A stretch of 28,588 nucleotides of DNA, from contig CAXHAT010000094.1 in NCBI GenBank assembly GCA_964014485.1, forward strand, positions 1 to 28,588. Direction: 5' to 3'. Source of the stretch: an uncultured Deferribacteres bacterium. GTDB lineage: Bacteria; Zhuqueibacterota; Zhuqueibacteria; Zhuqueibacterales; Geothermadaptataceae. Below are positions 1 to 9,365 of this stretch, piece after piece. A program made the position numbers and the translations under genes. Every line of letters starts with the position of its first letter. The stretch's first letter is position 1. The notes beneath the pieces were generated by a model that saw only the letters and a program-made list of their open reading frames with translations, had not been told where the DNA came from and did no database searches.

Positions 1-44
1 CACCAAGAAGCTCGTCGGCAGCGTCAGATGTGTATAAGAGACAG
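1..44 (+). other. Illumina Nextera adapter remnant (library artefact)
   Basis: 12-44 is exactly TCGTCGGCAGCGTCAGATGTGTATAAGAGACAG. It is preceded by CAC plus 8 nt (CAAGAAGC), the layout of the P5 end plus i5 index. It produces the spurious LSLIHI tail of ORF 24..614. Confidence 0.97.
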
Positions 45-614
45 GATAAATATGGGAATTTCCAGGCGTTCTTGTAAAAAAGTTTTGACGGGGAATTGGT
101 GCCAGTGCAAGAGGCTCTGAAGTTGCGCCGTTCCAGCCTCGTAGTTGACCACTCCGGGAATTGCCGCTCCAAGGCCAAAGATTTTCTCTTGCGGGATATT
201 TTGTTTTTCGATCATTGCGATCAGTTCATCGGCGATGCCGGAAAGTGTGTCGTGAGCTGAAATTTGGTGATTGTGGCGAATCGTTTTCGAAGCCACTGTC
301 TCACCGGCGATATTGAGAATTCCATACTGAATGTAATGCAGACCGATGTGAATGGCGATGACGTAAATGGCGTTTGGCTTAACGGCGAGAAGCACCTCGC
401 GCCTGCCGCGCCGTCCGTCCGAGTCGCCTTTGCCGATTTCTTCGATAAAACCGTTTTCAATGAGACGCGTTGCGCCAATCGTAACTGCGGCGCGGGTTAG
501 AGAAAGCCTCTCGGCAACTTTTACGCGCGAAATCGGGTTCCGCTCATAAACCGTTTTATAAATGCGTTGCTCGTTTGCCGTAAAAAGTTTGCGAAAACCG
601 TTCAAGCCGCTCAT
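45..614 (-). CDS. ROK family transcriptional regulator (3' truncated at contig end)
   Basis: N-terminal HTH (PISRVKVAERLSLTRAAV...LIENGFIEE), GRR linker and ROK-like core (AIHIG, GLGAAIPGVVN). Runs into the adapter. Confidence 0.88.
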
Positions 615-683
615 GATGTTACTCGATCATTAATTTGTTCAAGCCGGTAGAATTGTGTTTTGCAGTACGTGTCGGAGAAATGC

Positions 684-1652
684 TTAATCCGCCTCAGTTA
701 ATCTTACGCCGATCGGGAAATGGTCGCTGAATCCGGCTTCGTTTACTTTTTTGCCGAGCCCGCCGAAACGAATCGGCGCTGGGTAAGCCCCGCGACTTGT
801 CATTTCAGAAAATTGTACAATCTCTGTCGATGCGGGCGCGATTTGAATGGGGGAGTTGCGCTTGAGAAGGTTTTTGTTAGCCAAAAATTGATCGAGAAGG
901 TTTGGATCGTTGTTAAAATAATGCGTCCCCTTGCCTTGCCCCATTAGCGGCCACATTAAATTGAGGAACCGCGCCGTGGTGGCTTTAACGACGCGCGTCT
1001 TGCTCCTGCCTGCGCGTGCGTAATGTACGATTGCGCGGTCGAAAGGCTCGTCATTGAAATCGCCCATCGCCAGGACGGGAGTTGCTTTTCCGTGGATTTC
1101 AAGAATGCGCTGGTGAAAATAAGAGAGTGTTTCGCCGGCGATTTGACGATAACCTTCCGTCTCCAATTTGTTCGGGATTCTGGACGGCCAATGGTTGCCG
1201 ACGACGACCAGTAGACGGTTTTTGTTCGTTCGAAAATTGACCTGAAAAATTTCCCGCGTCGCCGTCCTGCGCATCACAAAATGACTGAAATTGCCCTCCG
1301 GCGTGAACAGATTCGCGTCATAGAGAAAGGCGGAGTCAATGCCCCGATTGTCGGATGTATCGAAATGCTGGATAGCATAGTTTCGATTCGGCGCGTTTGC
1401 AGCCTGCGCCAGCAGATTTAGCACGTGAGCATTTTCCACTTCGCAGACGCCGAGCAAGTCGGGGCCTGCGCCGCCGTTCATCTTTTTGATGATCGAGCTG
1501 AGCTGGGTGATTTTTTTATTCAGACGCTGTTGATTCCAACCGTCAATGCTCTTCCCGAGCGTTCTTTCCAGCTTGGCGGACCGACGCGGCGAATCGTTGA
1601 CGTCGAACAAATTTTCAACGTTCCAAAATGCGACGTAGTAAGTTTTCGGCAT
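684..1652 (-). CDS. Endonuclease/exonuclease/phosphatase (EEP) family protein
   Basis: Motifs FWNVENLFD, GVCEVEN, NHWPSR, MGDFND, LDQF and SDHFP. Confidence 0.92.
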   Translation of the reverse strand: MPKTYYVAFWNVENLFDVNDSPRRSAKLERTLGKSIDGWNQQRLNKKITQLSSIIKKMNGGAGPDLLGVCEVENAHVLNLLAQAANAPNRNYAIQHFDTSDNRGIDSAFLYDANLFTPEGNFSHFVMRRTATREIFQVNFRTNKNRLLVVVGNHWPSRIPNKLETEGYRQIAGETLSYFHQRILEIHGKATPVLAMGDFNDEPFDRAIVHYARAGRSKTRVVKATTARFLNLMWPLMGQGKGTHYFNNDPNLLDQFLANKNLLKRNSPIQIAPASTEIVQFSEMTSRGAYPAPIRFGGLGKKVNEAGFSDHFPIGVRLTEAD

Positions 1653-2021
1653 GACGACACTCCCCTGATAAATTCTTGAGAAACAGTCTTTGACGCAGGT
1701 CTCCGGCGAGTATTAAAAAGCGAGTCTTTGCTTTTCTATCCAATTGATTTGACACAAATAGGGTGGAAGGAGAAGTTAAATGTGAGAAAAACGGCAAGGT
1801 GAAGAAGGCGCCGGCGTTTTTGCTTGGAGAAATCAGCGCTGCAAAGACTATCGGAAAAAGCCAGAATTCCCATTCTGAAAAGCCAAAAAATTGCGAAGCA
1901 AAATCTTTGTTATCTTCCGGTACGGATTACGCTTAAAGTCAGGGTTTGGTCAAAAATGATGCTTCCAGCATGACACTTCGGGCTTTTTCGACAGTATCGC
2001 AAGAGTTGTGATTTTTACATG

Positions 2022-3461
2022 TTATTTTGAGACGACCCCGCGAATCCAGTCTGCCATAAATTCGAGCGCTTCCGGCGAAAACGTCTCTTCAATTTGGGCG
2101 TACTCAGACGGCGCGCCTGTGGTTGAAGTCTGGAAAAGATGATTGAGCTGAGGAAATTCTTTCACGGTTATGTTCTTGTTGCCGCCGTTTATGAGCGCTT
2201 TTTCGATTGCGGCCAGGTTTTCCTTCGGCGGCACCTGCAAGTCTTTTTCGCCGTTGATGGCCAAAACCGGACACTTGACCTTTTTCAAGGTTGAGCGCGG
2301 GTCGTATTTCAGGAAAAATCGAAACCAGTCTGAAAGCAGACGGCCAATCGAAGCGTCAAAGTTTTTCTCCGGGTCGCCGAATTTTTGCGCCTCTGTTTTC
2401 AAATCTTCGGGCGCGTTCGCCCAATATTCGTCAAAATGAGTGCGAATTTCCTTCTTGGCTGCTTCATTGTCCGTTTCGCGATTGATGACTTCATAAACTT
2501 TTTTTGAGTAGGCGCTTGTGGCGTCGATCAACTCATCACTAGCGCCGCCGGCCTTGGCAATGAGCGCGGATTGAAGCAGCAGAATCTCACTTCCCGGCAA
2601 CCCCGGCCCGGCCATTAAAACAATAAAACCGACGTCCGAAGATTCAACCGCGACCATTGGCGCGATGAGCCCGCCTTCACTATGGCCAACGAGACCTATG
2701 TTGTTTTGATCGACTTCCGAGCGTGTTTTCAAGTATTCAACGGCAGCGGTGACGTCCTGCGCAAAATCTTCGGAAGAAGCTTCCGCGAAATTCCCCGTAG
2801 ATTTGGCCACGCCGCGATCATCATAGCGCAAAACGGCTATGCCCTGGCGTGTGAAAAAATCGGCGATCACAAGAAACGGCTTGTGAGTCAATAACTCTTC
2901 ATCCCGATTTTGCGGGCCGGAACCGGAAATGAGCACGACTGTCGGAAAAGGGCCGTCGGATTCAGGCGATGTGAACGTTCCGGCCAGCGTCACTCCGGCT
3001 TCGTTATTCTCAAATGTGATTTCTTCAACGCGATAGGGAAAGGGCGGCTTTGGCTCTTGGGGACGCTCGATGACAATTTTTTCGTCTGTGCGCTTCAGAT
3101 CGAGCGGAAACGACGCACCGCCTTGCGCCCAGGTTCCTTTAATGGAATTCTTGTCTTCCAAAAGCTTTCCTGTATAAACGCCGCCAATGCGCTCAACGCG
3201 TATCACCAAACTATCGTGTTGGAAGGTTGTGCTTGTTGTGGGAATGCCGTTCGCGCCTTGGTCCGGACTGTCCATTTTTGCACTTAAGTCGCCAGATTCA
3301 CTTTTCAAAATGTGGAAAACGATCCGCAGTTCCACGCCGGAAACGCTTAACTTTCCTTGCCAATCGCCGACGATGCTCTGCTGCTGCGCGTTAACCGCAA
3401 CCCCGAGGCTTAGGGCAAAACAGGTTAGCAAAGCAGTCAAAAACTTGTGTCTATTTTTCAT
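2022..3461 (-). CDS. Secreted alpha/beta-fold hydrolase (serine aminopeptidase/esterase-like)
   Basis: Signal peptide from ATG 3461 (MKNRHKFLTALL..AVNA) with GGAG upstream. Motifs SGSGPQNRD, nucleophile elbow GHSEGG, GEKDLQV and LNHLFQ. Confidence 0.9.
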   Translation of the reverse strand: MKNRHKFLTALLTCFALSLGVAVNAQQQSIVGDWQGKLSVSGVELRIVFHILKSESGDLSAKMDSPDQGANGIPTTSTTFQHDSLVIRVERIGGVYTGKLLEDKNSIKGTWAQGGASFPLDLKRTDEKIVIERPQEPKPPFPYRVEEITFENNEAGVTLAGTFTSPESDGPFPTVVLISGSGPQNRDEELLTHKPFLVIADFFTRQGIAVLRYDDRGVAKSTGNFAEASSEDFAQDVTAAVEYLKTRSEVDQNNIGLVGHSEGGLIAPMVAVESSDVGFIVLMAGPGLPGSEILLLQSALIAKAGGASDELIDATSAYSKKVYEVINRETDNEAAKKEIRTHFDEYWANAPEDLKTEAQKFGDPEKNFDASIGRLLSDWFRFFLKYDPRSTLKKVKCPVLAINGEKDLQVPPKENLAAIEKALINGGNKNITVKEFPQLNHLFQTSTTGAPSEYAQIEETFSPEALEFMADWIRGVVSK

Positions 3462-3570
3462 GATTATCTCCCAAAAGTATTTTTCAAATCTACCCCGCGT
3501 TGATGATAAACGCCAAGGAGCGCGATATTCATCCAGGCGACGCGGCGTTTTGATTTTTCGGGTCAAACAC

Positions 3571-3602
3571 AAAAAAAACGCGGCCCAATTTGGAACCGCG
3601 TT
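3571..3602 (-). terminator. Intrinsic terminator downstream of tRNA-Arg
   Basis: AACGCGG...CCGCGTT stem followed by a T-run on the minus strand. Confidence 0.7.
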
Positions 3603-3617
3603 CTTGAAATTATTGAA

Positions 3618-3690
3618 TACCCCTACCAGGACTCGAACCTGGCCACTCGGTTTAGGAAACCGACGCTCTATCCACCTGAGCTATAGGGGC
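3618..3690 (-). tRNA. tRNA-Arg (anticodon CCT), CCA not encoded
   Basis: Reverse complement GCCCCTATAGCTCAGGTGGATAGAGCGTCGGTTTCCTAAACCGAGTGGCCAGGTTCGAGTCCTGGTAGGGGTA forms a cloverleaf with anticodon loop TTCCTAA and a GTTCGA T-loop. Confidence 0.95.
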
Positions 3691-3754
3691 AAGATATTGT
3701 TTTTATTTTGTTTGAATTGATTGTGAATCTCTGCCTTCGCGATTAACTTAAGTA

Positions 3755-4762
3755 TTATTTAAGTAATTGAAAACAGTCGATCTCGACGAGCTTGTTGACG
3801 GCCATCTGTTTGTGGTCGGGCGCCAAATGACTGTAACGCATAACCATTTCCAACGACTTCCATCCGCCAAGCTCCATAATCGTATACGGGTCGACGCCGC
3901 GCTTCATCAAATGACTTGCAAACGTGTGACGCATCGCATGAGGCGTGGCGGGTTCGATTCCGGCTCTTCTACAGGTGCTTTTGAAAGCCTTGCTGATGCA
4001 TTGAAACGGTTTGCCATTACGATGAGCGAAAATGAAATCAGACCTGCGCTTAAGACGCTTTAGGACGTTGATCACAACAGCGTTCATTTTCACTTTACGA
4101 TATTCGTCGGTCTTCGACTCACTCACAGTGACATAATCGTTCTCGAAGTCAATAGCACTCCACTTCAAGCTAAGCAATTCGCTAATTCTCATTCCGGTAT
4201 TAATCCCGATAAGGAAAATCGCCTTGATCCGCTCATCGCCGACAATCAAAAACTTTTCGATCTCATCTTCTGAAAACCATCGAAAACTTTTTTTGGGCTC
4301 CCGAAAAAACGTCACGCCTTTTGCGGGATTTTCATGCGCGAGTCCCCATTGGATCGCGAGATTATACATCCGCTTAAGACAAGCGACTTCCCGGTTAACC
4401 GTAGAGCCGGAAACGAACTTTATGCGGTGAGTCTTGTAGGCCTCAACATCCAAACTGGAAATATCCGCAAGTTCCTTCTTGCCAAAGAACTCCAATAAAT
4501 GGCGTACTAGAGAGACGTCTCGCTGAAAACTCCTTTTGTGGGATTGAGACCAGCTTAGGAATTTTTCCGCAAGATCAGCTAACGCAATCCTTTTTGATTT
4601 CTTTATATCATGTTGATTACGAAGAAGATCGATTTTGTGCGATTCAGCAATTTGCTTGGCCAGCGTTTTGTTATTTGTTCGAGTACTGCCAGATATCCGT
4701 TTACCATGAACAGTGAATGTGTAATGAAAGTAAGGGCTATTGGGGTGTTTGTAAATACCCAT
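3755..4762 (-). CDS. Tyrosine recombinase / phage-type integrase
   Basis: Catalytic motifs TGMRISEL (R), HAMRH (HxxR), LGGW and MRYSH (Y). N-terminal arm-binding-like region. AGGAGG RBS. Confidence 0.95.
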   Translation of the reverse strand: MGIYKHPNSPYFHYTFTVHGKRISGSTRTNNKTLAKQIAESHKIDLLRNQHDIKKSKRIALADLAEKFLSWSQSHKRSFQRDVSLVRHLLEFFGKKELADISSLDVEAYKTHRIKFVSGSTVNREVACLKRMYNLAIQWGLAHENPAKGVTFFREPKKSFRWFSEDEIEKFLIVGDERIKAIFLIGINTGMRISELLSLKWSAIDFENDYVTVSESKTDEYRKVKMNAVVINVLKRLKRRSDFIFAHRNGKPFQCISKAFKSTCRRAGIEPATPHAMRHTFASHLMKRGVDPYTIMELGGWKSLEMVMRYSHLAPDHKQMAVNKLVEIDCFQLLK

Positions 4763-4821
4763 AATAGCCTCCTTTCAATGGAGGAAGATTATATGTAATT
4801 TAGGCATTCGAAGCAACTTTT

Positions 4822-5031
4822 TTAGCTGATACAGTAGGTTCGGTTATAATGATCGTCCACCCAACGATCGATCTCATTTCGGTCAAACCGGATCGCCTTC
4901 TTGCCGAATCGCTTGAAAGGAATTTCCTGTTTTTCTACCATCGAATAGATTGAGGAAAGCGGGAAGTTCAGGTAGGCTGAAAGTTGTTTCGCTGTCAGTA
5001 AACGGGGCTCGATAATATGTTGTTTTTTCAT
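4822..5031 (-). CDS. Excisionase-like HTH DNA-binding protein (HTH_17)
   Basis: LLTAKQLSAYL..SSIYSMV...IPFKRFG..IRFDRNEIDRW pattern, directly upstream of the integrase. Confidence 0.85.
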   Translation of the reverse strand: MKKQHIIEPRLLTAKQLSAYLNFPLSSIYSMVEKQEIPFKRFGKKAIRFDRNEIDRWVDDHYNRTYCIS

Positions 5032-5058
5032 GACAACCGCTCTTTTGGGGATCGAAGC

Positions 5059-6069
5059 TTACGATTGCAGATAAGAAATTTTTTGTATTCGTTTTGATTT
5101 TACTTGGCATTGATTCAGCATCTCTTCGATATCATGAAGATCGACCATTGATCGCGACATAATCTTGTGCAGCTCCCGCTGTTTTTTGCTCAACTGCCGC
5201 GTCAACGGCAGCTTCCCGGTTTCTTCAATTGCCGCCCGGCATTTTTCCAGAAACGACTTGATCTCGTCATGATCAAATTGAGCCTTCAAACGCTTGAAAA
5301 GCCGCTTTCCGTTCGGCGTTCGATAGGGTTCCATTCCGCTCCCTGCCAGCAACGCCAGTAATAGAATGCCGCATTCAGTGGTGACCACAATGATAACGCT
5401 CACAATTTTTTTGGCGGTCAACTCGGATATTCCCCACAATTCGGTAACCGCCCGCGTCGTCGCCAATGAGCCGCGAACAATTGACGAAACTGGTTTAAGT
5501 TCGAGCCCAAGAATCGCAGCGTGGGCGTTGATCCAGACTTCGGCATTCTCCACAGGCGCAGCATGCAATAAGGAATCACGAGCGGCGACCACAGTTCCAC
5601 GATCAGTCATGCGCTGATCAAGTCGATTTTTCCAATACGTTTGACTCGGATCCTTCGCTAAGTTTTGGCGGCATATGTCTATTTTTCCGTCCAACTCGGC
5701 CAACTTTATTTCCGCCTCCTTGGCATAAGCGCGCTTAATCAGATCGATGCGCCGCGAATGCTCTTGTTTCAGCGGACGCATCGCCGCGTCATGACTGGCG
5801 ACGATTTTCGCGTGGAAGCTGGTGACGGACGCAAAGGCGCAAGTCAGCGTGACCAGGACGTAAACCGGTACGGCGACGATTCTGGTCGTCCACCGATCGA
5901 CCGCCAACGACCACAGACAGCCAACGCGAATCGTCTCGAAGATAACCGAGCACAGAATCGCCGTGACAAGATTGAACATGCCGTTATACAGCTCAAAGCC
6001 CGCCAGTACGCTAACCAGAGTTAAGCCAAGGACGGCGACGAAGATGAAATTTTGTTTTCTCTTGTTCAT
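5059..6069 (-). CDS. Hypothetical membrane protein (3 N-terminal TM segments, coiled coil, further TM, cytoplasmic tail)
   Basis: 336-aa ORF with clear hydrophobic segments flanking a charged helical region. Confidence 0.7.
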   Translation of the reverse strand: MNKRKQNFIFVAVLGLTLVSVLAGFELYNGMFNLVTAILCSVIFETIRVGCLWSLAVDRWTTRIVAVPVYVLVTLTCAFASVTSFHAKIVASHDAAMRPLKQEHSRRIDLIKRAYAKEAEIKLAELDGKIDICRQNLAKDPSQTYWKNRLDQRMTDRGTVVAARDSLLHAAPVENAEVWINAHAAILGLELKPVSSIVRGSLATTRAVTELWGISELTAKKIVSVIIVVTTECGILLLALLAGSGMEPYRTPNGKRLFKRLKAQFDHDEIKSFLEKCRAAIEETGKLPLTRQLSKKQRELHKIMSRSMVDLHDIEEMLNQCQVKSKRIQKISYLQS

Positions 6070-6109
6070 CTGTATTTCTCTATCCTAACGTTTCTGATCG
6101 CGACTAGTC

Positions 6110-6178
6110 TGCAGTTCACGTCAAAGAATCGACACAGCACAGATTGCAAAAAGCGTCGATTCTTTGACGTGAACTGCA
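6110..6178. repeat. Perfect 24-bp inverted repeat with 21-bp spacer
   Basis: TGCAGTTCACGTCAAAGAATCGAC (6110-6133) is the exact reverse complement of 6155-6178. Confidence 0.95.
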
Positions 6179-6204
6179 AGCGGGTGAAGGCTTGGTTTCC
6201 CAGA

Positions 6205-6408
6205 CTATCCGCCGATGAAGGTTTGAGTCGCAAAGTTATTGGAAGGAAATTGCTCAATTTTCGCCGCATTCTTCTGAAGAACGGCCCGTCCAGAGTGAAT
6301 AATCGTGACTCCCGAAGGCGCCATCGCCGGTCCGCTTGCCCCAAAGTTCCGGCGACGCCGTTCAACCCGCGAGCGCTGCAAAGGGGAGATGTCTTTAAGG
6401 ACGGACAT
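6205..6408 (-). CDS. Small hypothetical protein (67 aa)
   Basis: AAGGGAG RBS upstream of the ATG. Overlaps the end of the upstream vWA-like gene, suggesting translational coupling. Confidence 0.45.
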   Translation of the reverse strand: MSVLKDISPLQRSRVERRRRNFGASGPAMAPSGVTIIHSGRAVLQKNAAKIEQFPSNNFATQTFIGG

Positions 6409-7081
6409 TGTTGGCTCCCTTGTTGGAAGTCAGGAATGCGACGGCGGCGCTGATGTTCTCAAACACGTCGACTTGGCGGCCAAACCACTGCTGCGCCTGC
6501 TCTGCGTCGCAACCGACAGCGAACACGCGCACATCGGCGTTGATGCGGATTTTCCCGGCGCGTTTCTTGGCCGTTTGGCGGCCGTCGGACACGAAGAAGA
6601 TCACCTTGTCGCTGCTGGAATCCGCAATGTCCGGTTCATTGAAAAAGGCCGACGTCTTCAAGAGAGCGCCCTGCACGTCCGTCTTTTGCTGGTTGCGCGG
6701 CTGAGCCAGCTTCTCGCCGACGACGAAGTTGAAGCGGTCGATCCTGGCCTGGTTGCGTTGGTTTTGTCGGGCGCGCTCGCCGAGCCGCTTGCCGAGGATC
6801 GGACGAACGCTCAGGCGCGCCAAGGGCTTGAAGGAATTGGCGCCGATCTCGGCAAAGGCCAGTTCGCCGCCGCGATGCTTGAGCACGGCGATCAGTTTTT
6901 CGAGATGATCGACCGTGAGTTCGGGCAGGGCGTTTTCGTCGGAGCTGCCGCTCTGGTCGTAGAGCACGGCGGCGTACAACGGTTTTGAAACGGTCGCGGG
7001 TTCATTTGAACACGCGGCGGTCAAAAGCAGGGCGACGCAGAACGACGCGCCCGGTAGAGTAAAAAGCCTTCCATTTTTCAT
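6395..7081 (-). CDS. vWA-domain lipoprotein
   Basis: Lipobox-like LTAAC, MIDAS-like VLYDQSGS, TDVQGAL, IFFVSDG and VFAVG. AGGAG RBS. Confidence 0.75.
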   Translation of the reverse strand: MKNGRLFTLPGASFCVALLLTAACSNEPATVSKPLYAAVLYDQSGSSDENALPELTVDHLEKLIAVLKHRGGELAFAEIGANSFKPLARLSVRPILGKRLGERARQNQRNQARIDRFNFVVGEKLAQPRNQQKTDVQGALLKTSAFFNEPDIADSSSDKVIFFVSDGRQTAKKRAGKIRINADVRVFAVGCDAEQAQQWFGRQVDVFENISAAVAFLTSNKGANNVRP

Positions 7082-7469
7082 GACGGTTTGCTCCTGAATG
7101 GCGTTTGTTGTAAGGTGTATTTCGTGTTTTAGCGCGGCTAACAGCTTGGCTTTCTCGACGATTATCGTTGCTTTCCGCGAAAACTTTTCGGTTATTGCTT
7201 GTTAGGACGCACTGCTTGCACCCAAACGCAAAGGGCCTTCAGGCCTGCACGTTTGGCGCGGGCGGCGGTCGGTTTCGTCTCAAGGCGGAACGTTCCATAG
7301 CCGTAGAAACGCAAAGGGCCGCGAATCCTGATCGCGTTTCTAAGGCTCGGGCATGGTTTCCAGGTCGGCGCGCGCGCAAAACGCCCGTAAACTTTGCGGC
7401 GCTAATTTCTCATTATCGGTTGCCGCCGATGATGAGATGAATCCAACCTGGGACAGTCAATTATTTTTG

Positions 7470-7502
7470 GGCTCAGGCGGTTGCGCTTCCTGAGCCTTTT
7501 TT
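7470..7502 (+). terminator. Intrinsic terminator
   Basis: GGCTCAGG (7470-7477) / CCTGAGCC (7489-7496) stem followed by TTTTTT. Confidence 0.65.
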
Positions 7503-7507
7503 GTTTA

Positions 7508-8506
7508 CTAAGTCAGCCCTTCTGATTTATCCTTCCATCTAGTGTACTTTTCCGGGGCGGCGTGTTTCTTTTGACATTGAGAGCTCCTCAGGTCAGTTAA
7601 GAGTACATATCCAAATCCCTTATCTAAACAAACCGCAGCTACTATGGAACCGAACCCAATATAAGTGACGATTTTGTGTACTAATCTGGCTACTCCCGCC
7701 TTGCGGAAATCATGAGTATGAGCTCCATCTGCGTAACGGCCTTTAGCAAGATACCAAAGATGATCTATGTTGTAATTGATACCTTCGCTAGCAAGAGACT
7801 TCAATTCGCTTCTAGAATACAACTTTTGGTTTTTCATATGAATTAGTAGTCTGTAAGCCGCATTTCCCAATCTGCGGTTTATAACGAAAAGACGCGTCAC
7901 CAAAACGCCATAAACAAGCCAGAGAAAAATCTCTGGAAGGGTAAAATAATTATGGAGCGCAGTGACTATTACGAAGACGAAGGCAGTTAGGACACAGGAA
8001 ATACCTGCAGCCTCGGCAAAACCGGCAAATAATCCTGCCTTATATCGTCCAAGAAATTTGCTGATCGTTTCTTGCGAAAAAGAATCATCGAATGCACTTT
8101 CGATTGAATTCTTGAACGTCGTCAAATTTGACGAGCTCAACAATATTCGCCGCACTACAGCATAGTGGCCTTCTTGTTTTTCGATCTTCCAGTCTCGCTT
8201 ACGGACGGCCGAACGCCGCCTTTTTGCTCCAGCGACAATTTTTTCCGGGCTCTGGAATTTGAGCTTTTTAGCGACGCTGCCTACGGCCTTGTGGCTAATT
8301 TCCAGCCTACGTGCAATTTCCCGATAAGACAAGCCTTTCTTCAGCGACCGGTCAATTTCTTTTACCGTCTTCAAGTCTTGGGAAACGCGGCGATATTTGC
8401 CGTATCGAATGGGAAACGACGTAGCATTCTTGCGGGTTGAATCGCCCAAAACTAACCTACTTTTGACAAGGTGTGAACTCTGTGCTACGCTTGCTGAAAG
8501 AAACAA
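7508..8506 (-). CDS. Hypothetical protein with N-terminal HTH and transmembrane segments (start uncertain)
   Basis: GLSYREIARRLEISHKAVGSVAKKL is HTH-like; two to three hydrophobic segments follow. Confidence 0.55.
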   Translation of the reverse strand: MFLSASVAQSSHLVKSRLVLGDSTRKNATSFPIRYGKYRRVSQDLKTVKEIDRSLKKGLSYREIARRLEISHKAVGSVAKKLKFQSPEKIVAGAKRRRSAVRKRDWKIEKQEGHYAVVRRILLSSSNLTTFKNSIESAFDDSFSQETISKFLGRYKAGLFAGFAEAAGISCVLTAFVFVIVTALHNYFTLPEIFLWLVYGVLVTRLFVINRRLGNAAYRLLIHMKNQKLYSRSELKSLASEGINYNIDHLWYLAKGRYADGAHTHDFRKAGVARLVHKIVTYIGFGSIVAAVCLDKGFGYVLLTDLRSSQCQKKHAAPEKYTRWKDKSEGLT

Positions 8507-9365
8507 GCGTGGCGAGTTTGTGTCTCAAGGCCTGTGCTACCAGGCTCCTGAACTTCGGGGTCACATACCCAGTATATGTGATTTGAGGCATGAACCCCAC
8601 GCCATTTTAATTGGCGTGAACGAGGAAGTCATAAACAAGAGTTTTCCTGTCCGGGGGCTTATGTAATGAACGGGTTTTTGGATTTCAAGAAGAAAGATTT
8701 AGCGCCCCGCCCTTATGCGCCCTTGGACTCAAAAAAAGAATTTAGCGCACCACTTTTTGGTATTATAATCTGCGCCGGAACAAAAGCAACGAGACAGTCC
8801 AGCCCTGAGCCGTTGAAAACGAGAGCAAAAAGTCTGAGATTTGCTGTTCTCGTATTCTGCATGATAGTAGTTTCATTACGGACCGTCTATATCCGTTGCA
8901 AGACTGCACACGATATCGAAAAAAAGAACACCCTTGTCATTATTCGCAACGATCCATAAGCAATTTTCTATTTAAAAGCCGATTTCTATCATAACTGCAA
9001 ATCGCCGTGAGAAACAAACCGAAATTTAAAGTAGAGACGCTAAACAGCTGTCACGTCTGGTTGTTCCGCAAGTTGGACGGAATCTGAGACGCTCCCAATA
9101 TCTCAATCGCCCGTTGGGAGCGATGTAGAAATAGATCTTCAAGGGTTTCAGCTTGACTTCGGACCTGCACGACTTTACTTTACTTGCTGCGGGTCGACGT
9201 CACCAATCAAAGCGTCGGCGCGCACTACGCATGGCCCTTAGACGTTTTCTGATTCTGTATTTGTTCACGGCCGTCTTGCAGTAATGCACAAATTTTGAAA
9301 ACCGGACGCATTTTGCATGAAAAGCTGTCCATCTGCTCTCAAATCAGGCTCAGACTCGGTTCCAA

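Noticed and set aside
26..44. Tn5 mosaic end as a genuine transposon end
   Set aside because: Embedded in the full Nextera primer plus index at the contig edge, with no transposase.
3462..3572. N-terminal extension of the hydrolase in the ORF track
   Set aside because: RBS and signal peptide point to ATG 3461.
6305..6988. 227-aa plus-strand ORF
   Set aside because: Shadow of the vWA lipoprotein, which has an RBS, lipobox and MIDAS-like motif.
8397..8959. Short plus-strand ORFs 8397..8666 and 8666..8959
   Set aside because: No recognisable motifs or RBS; cannot be supported as genes.
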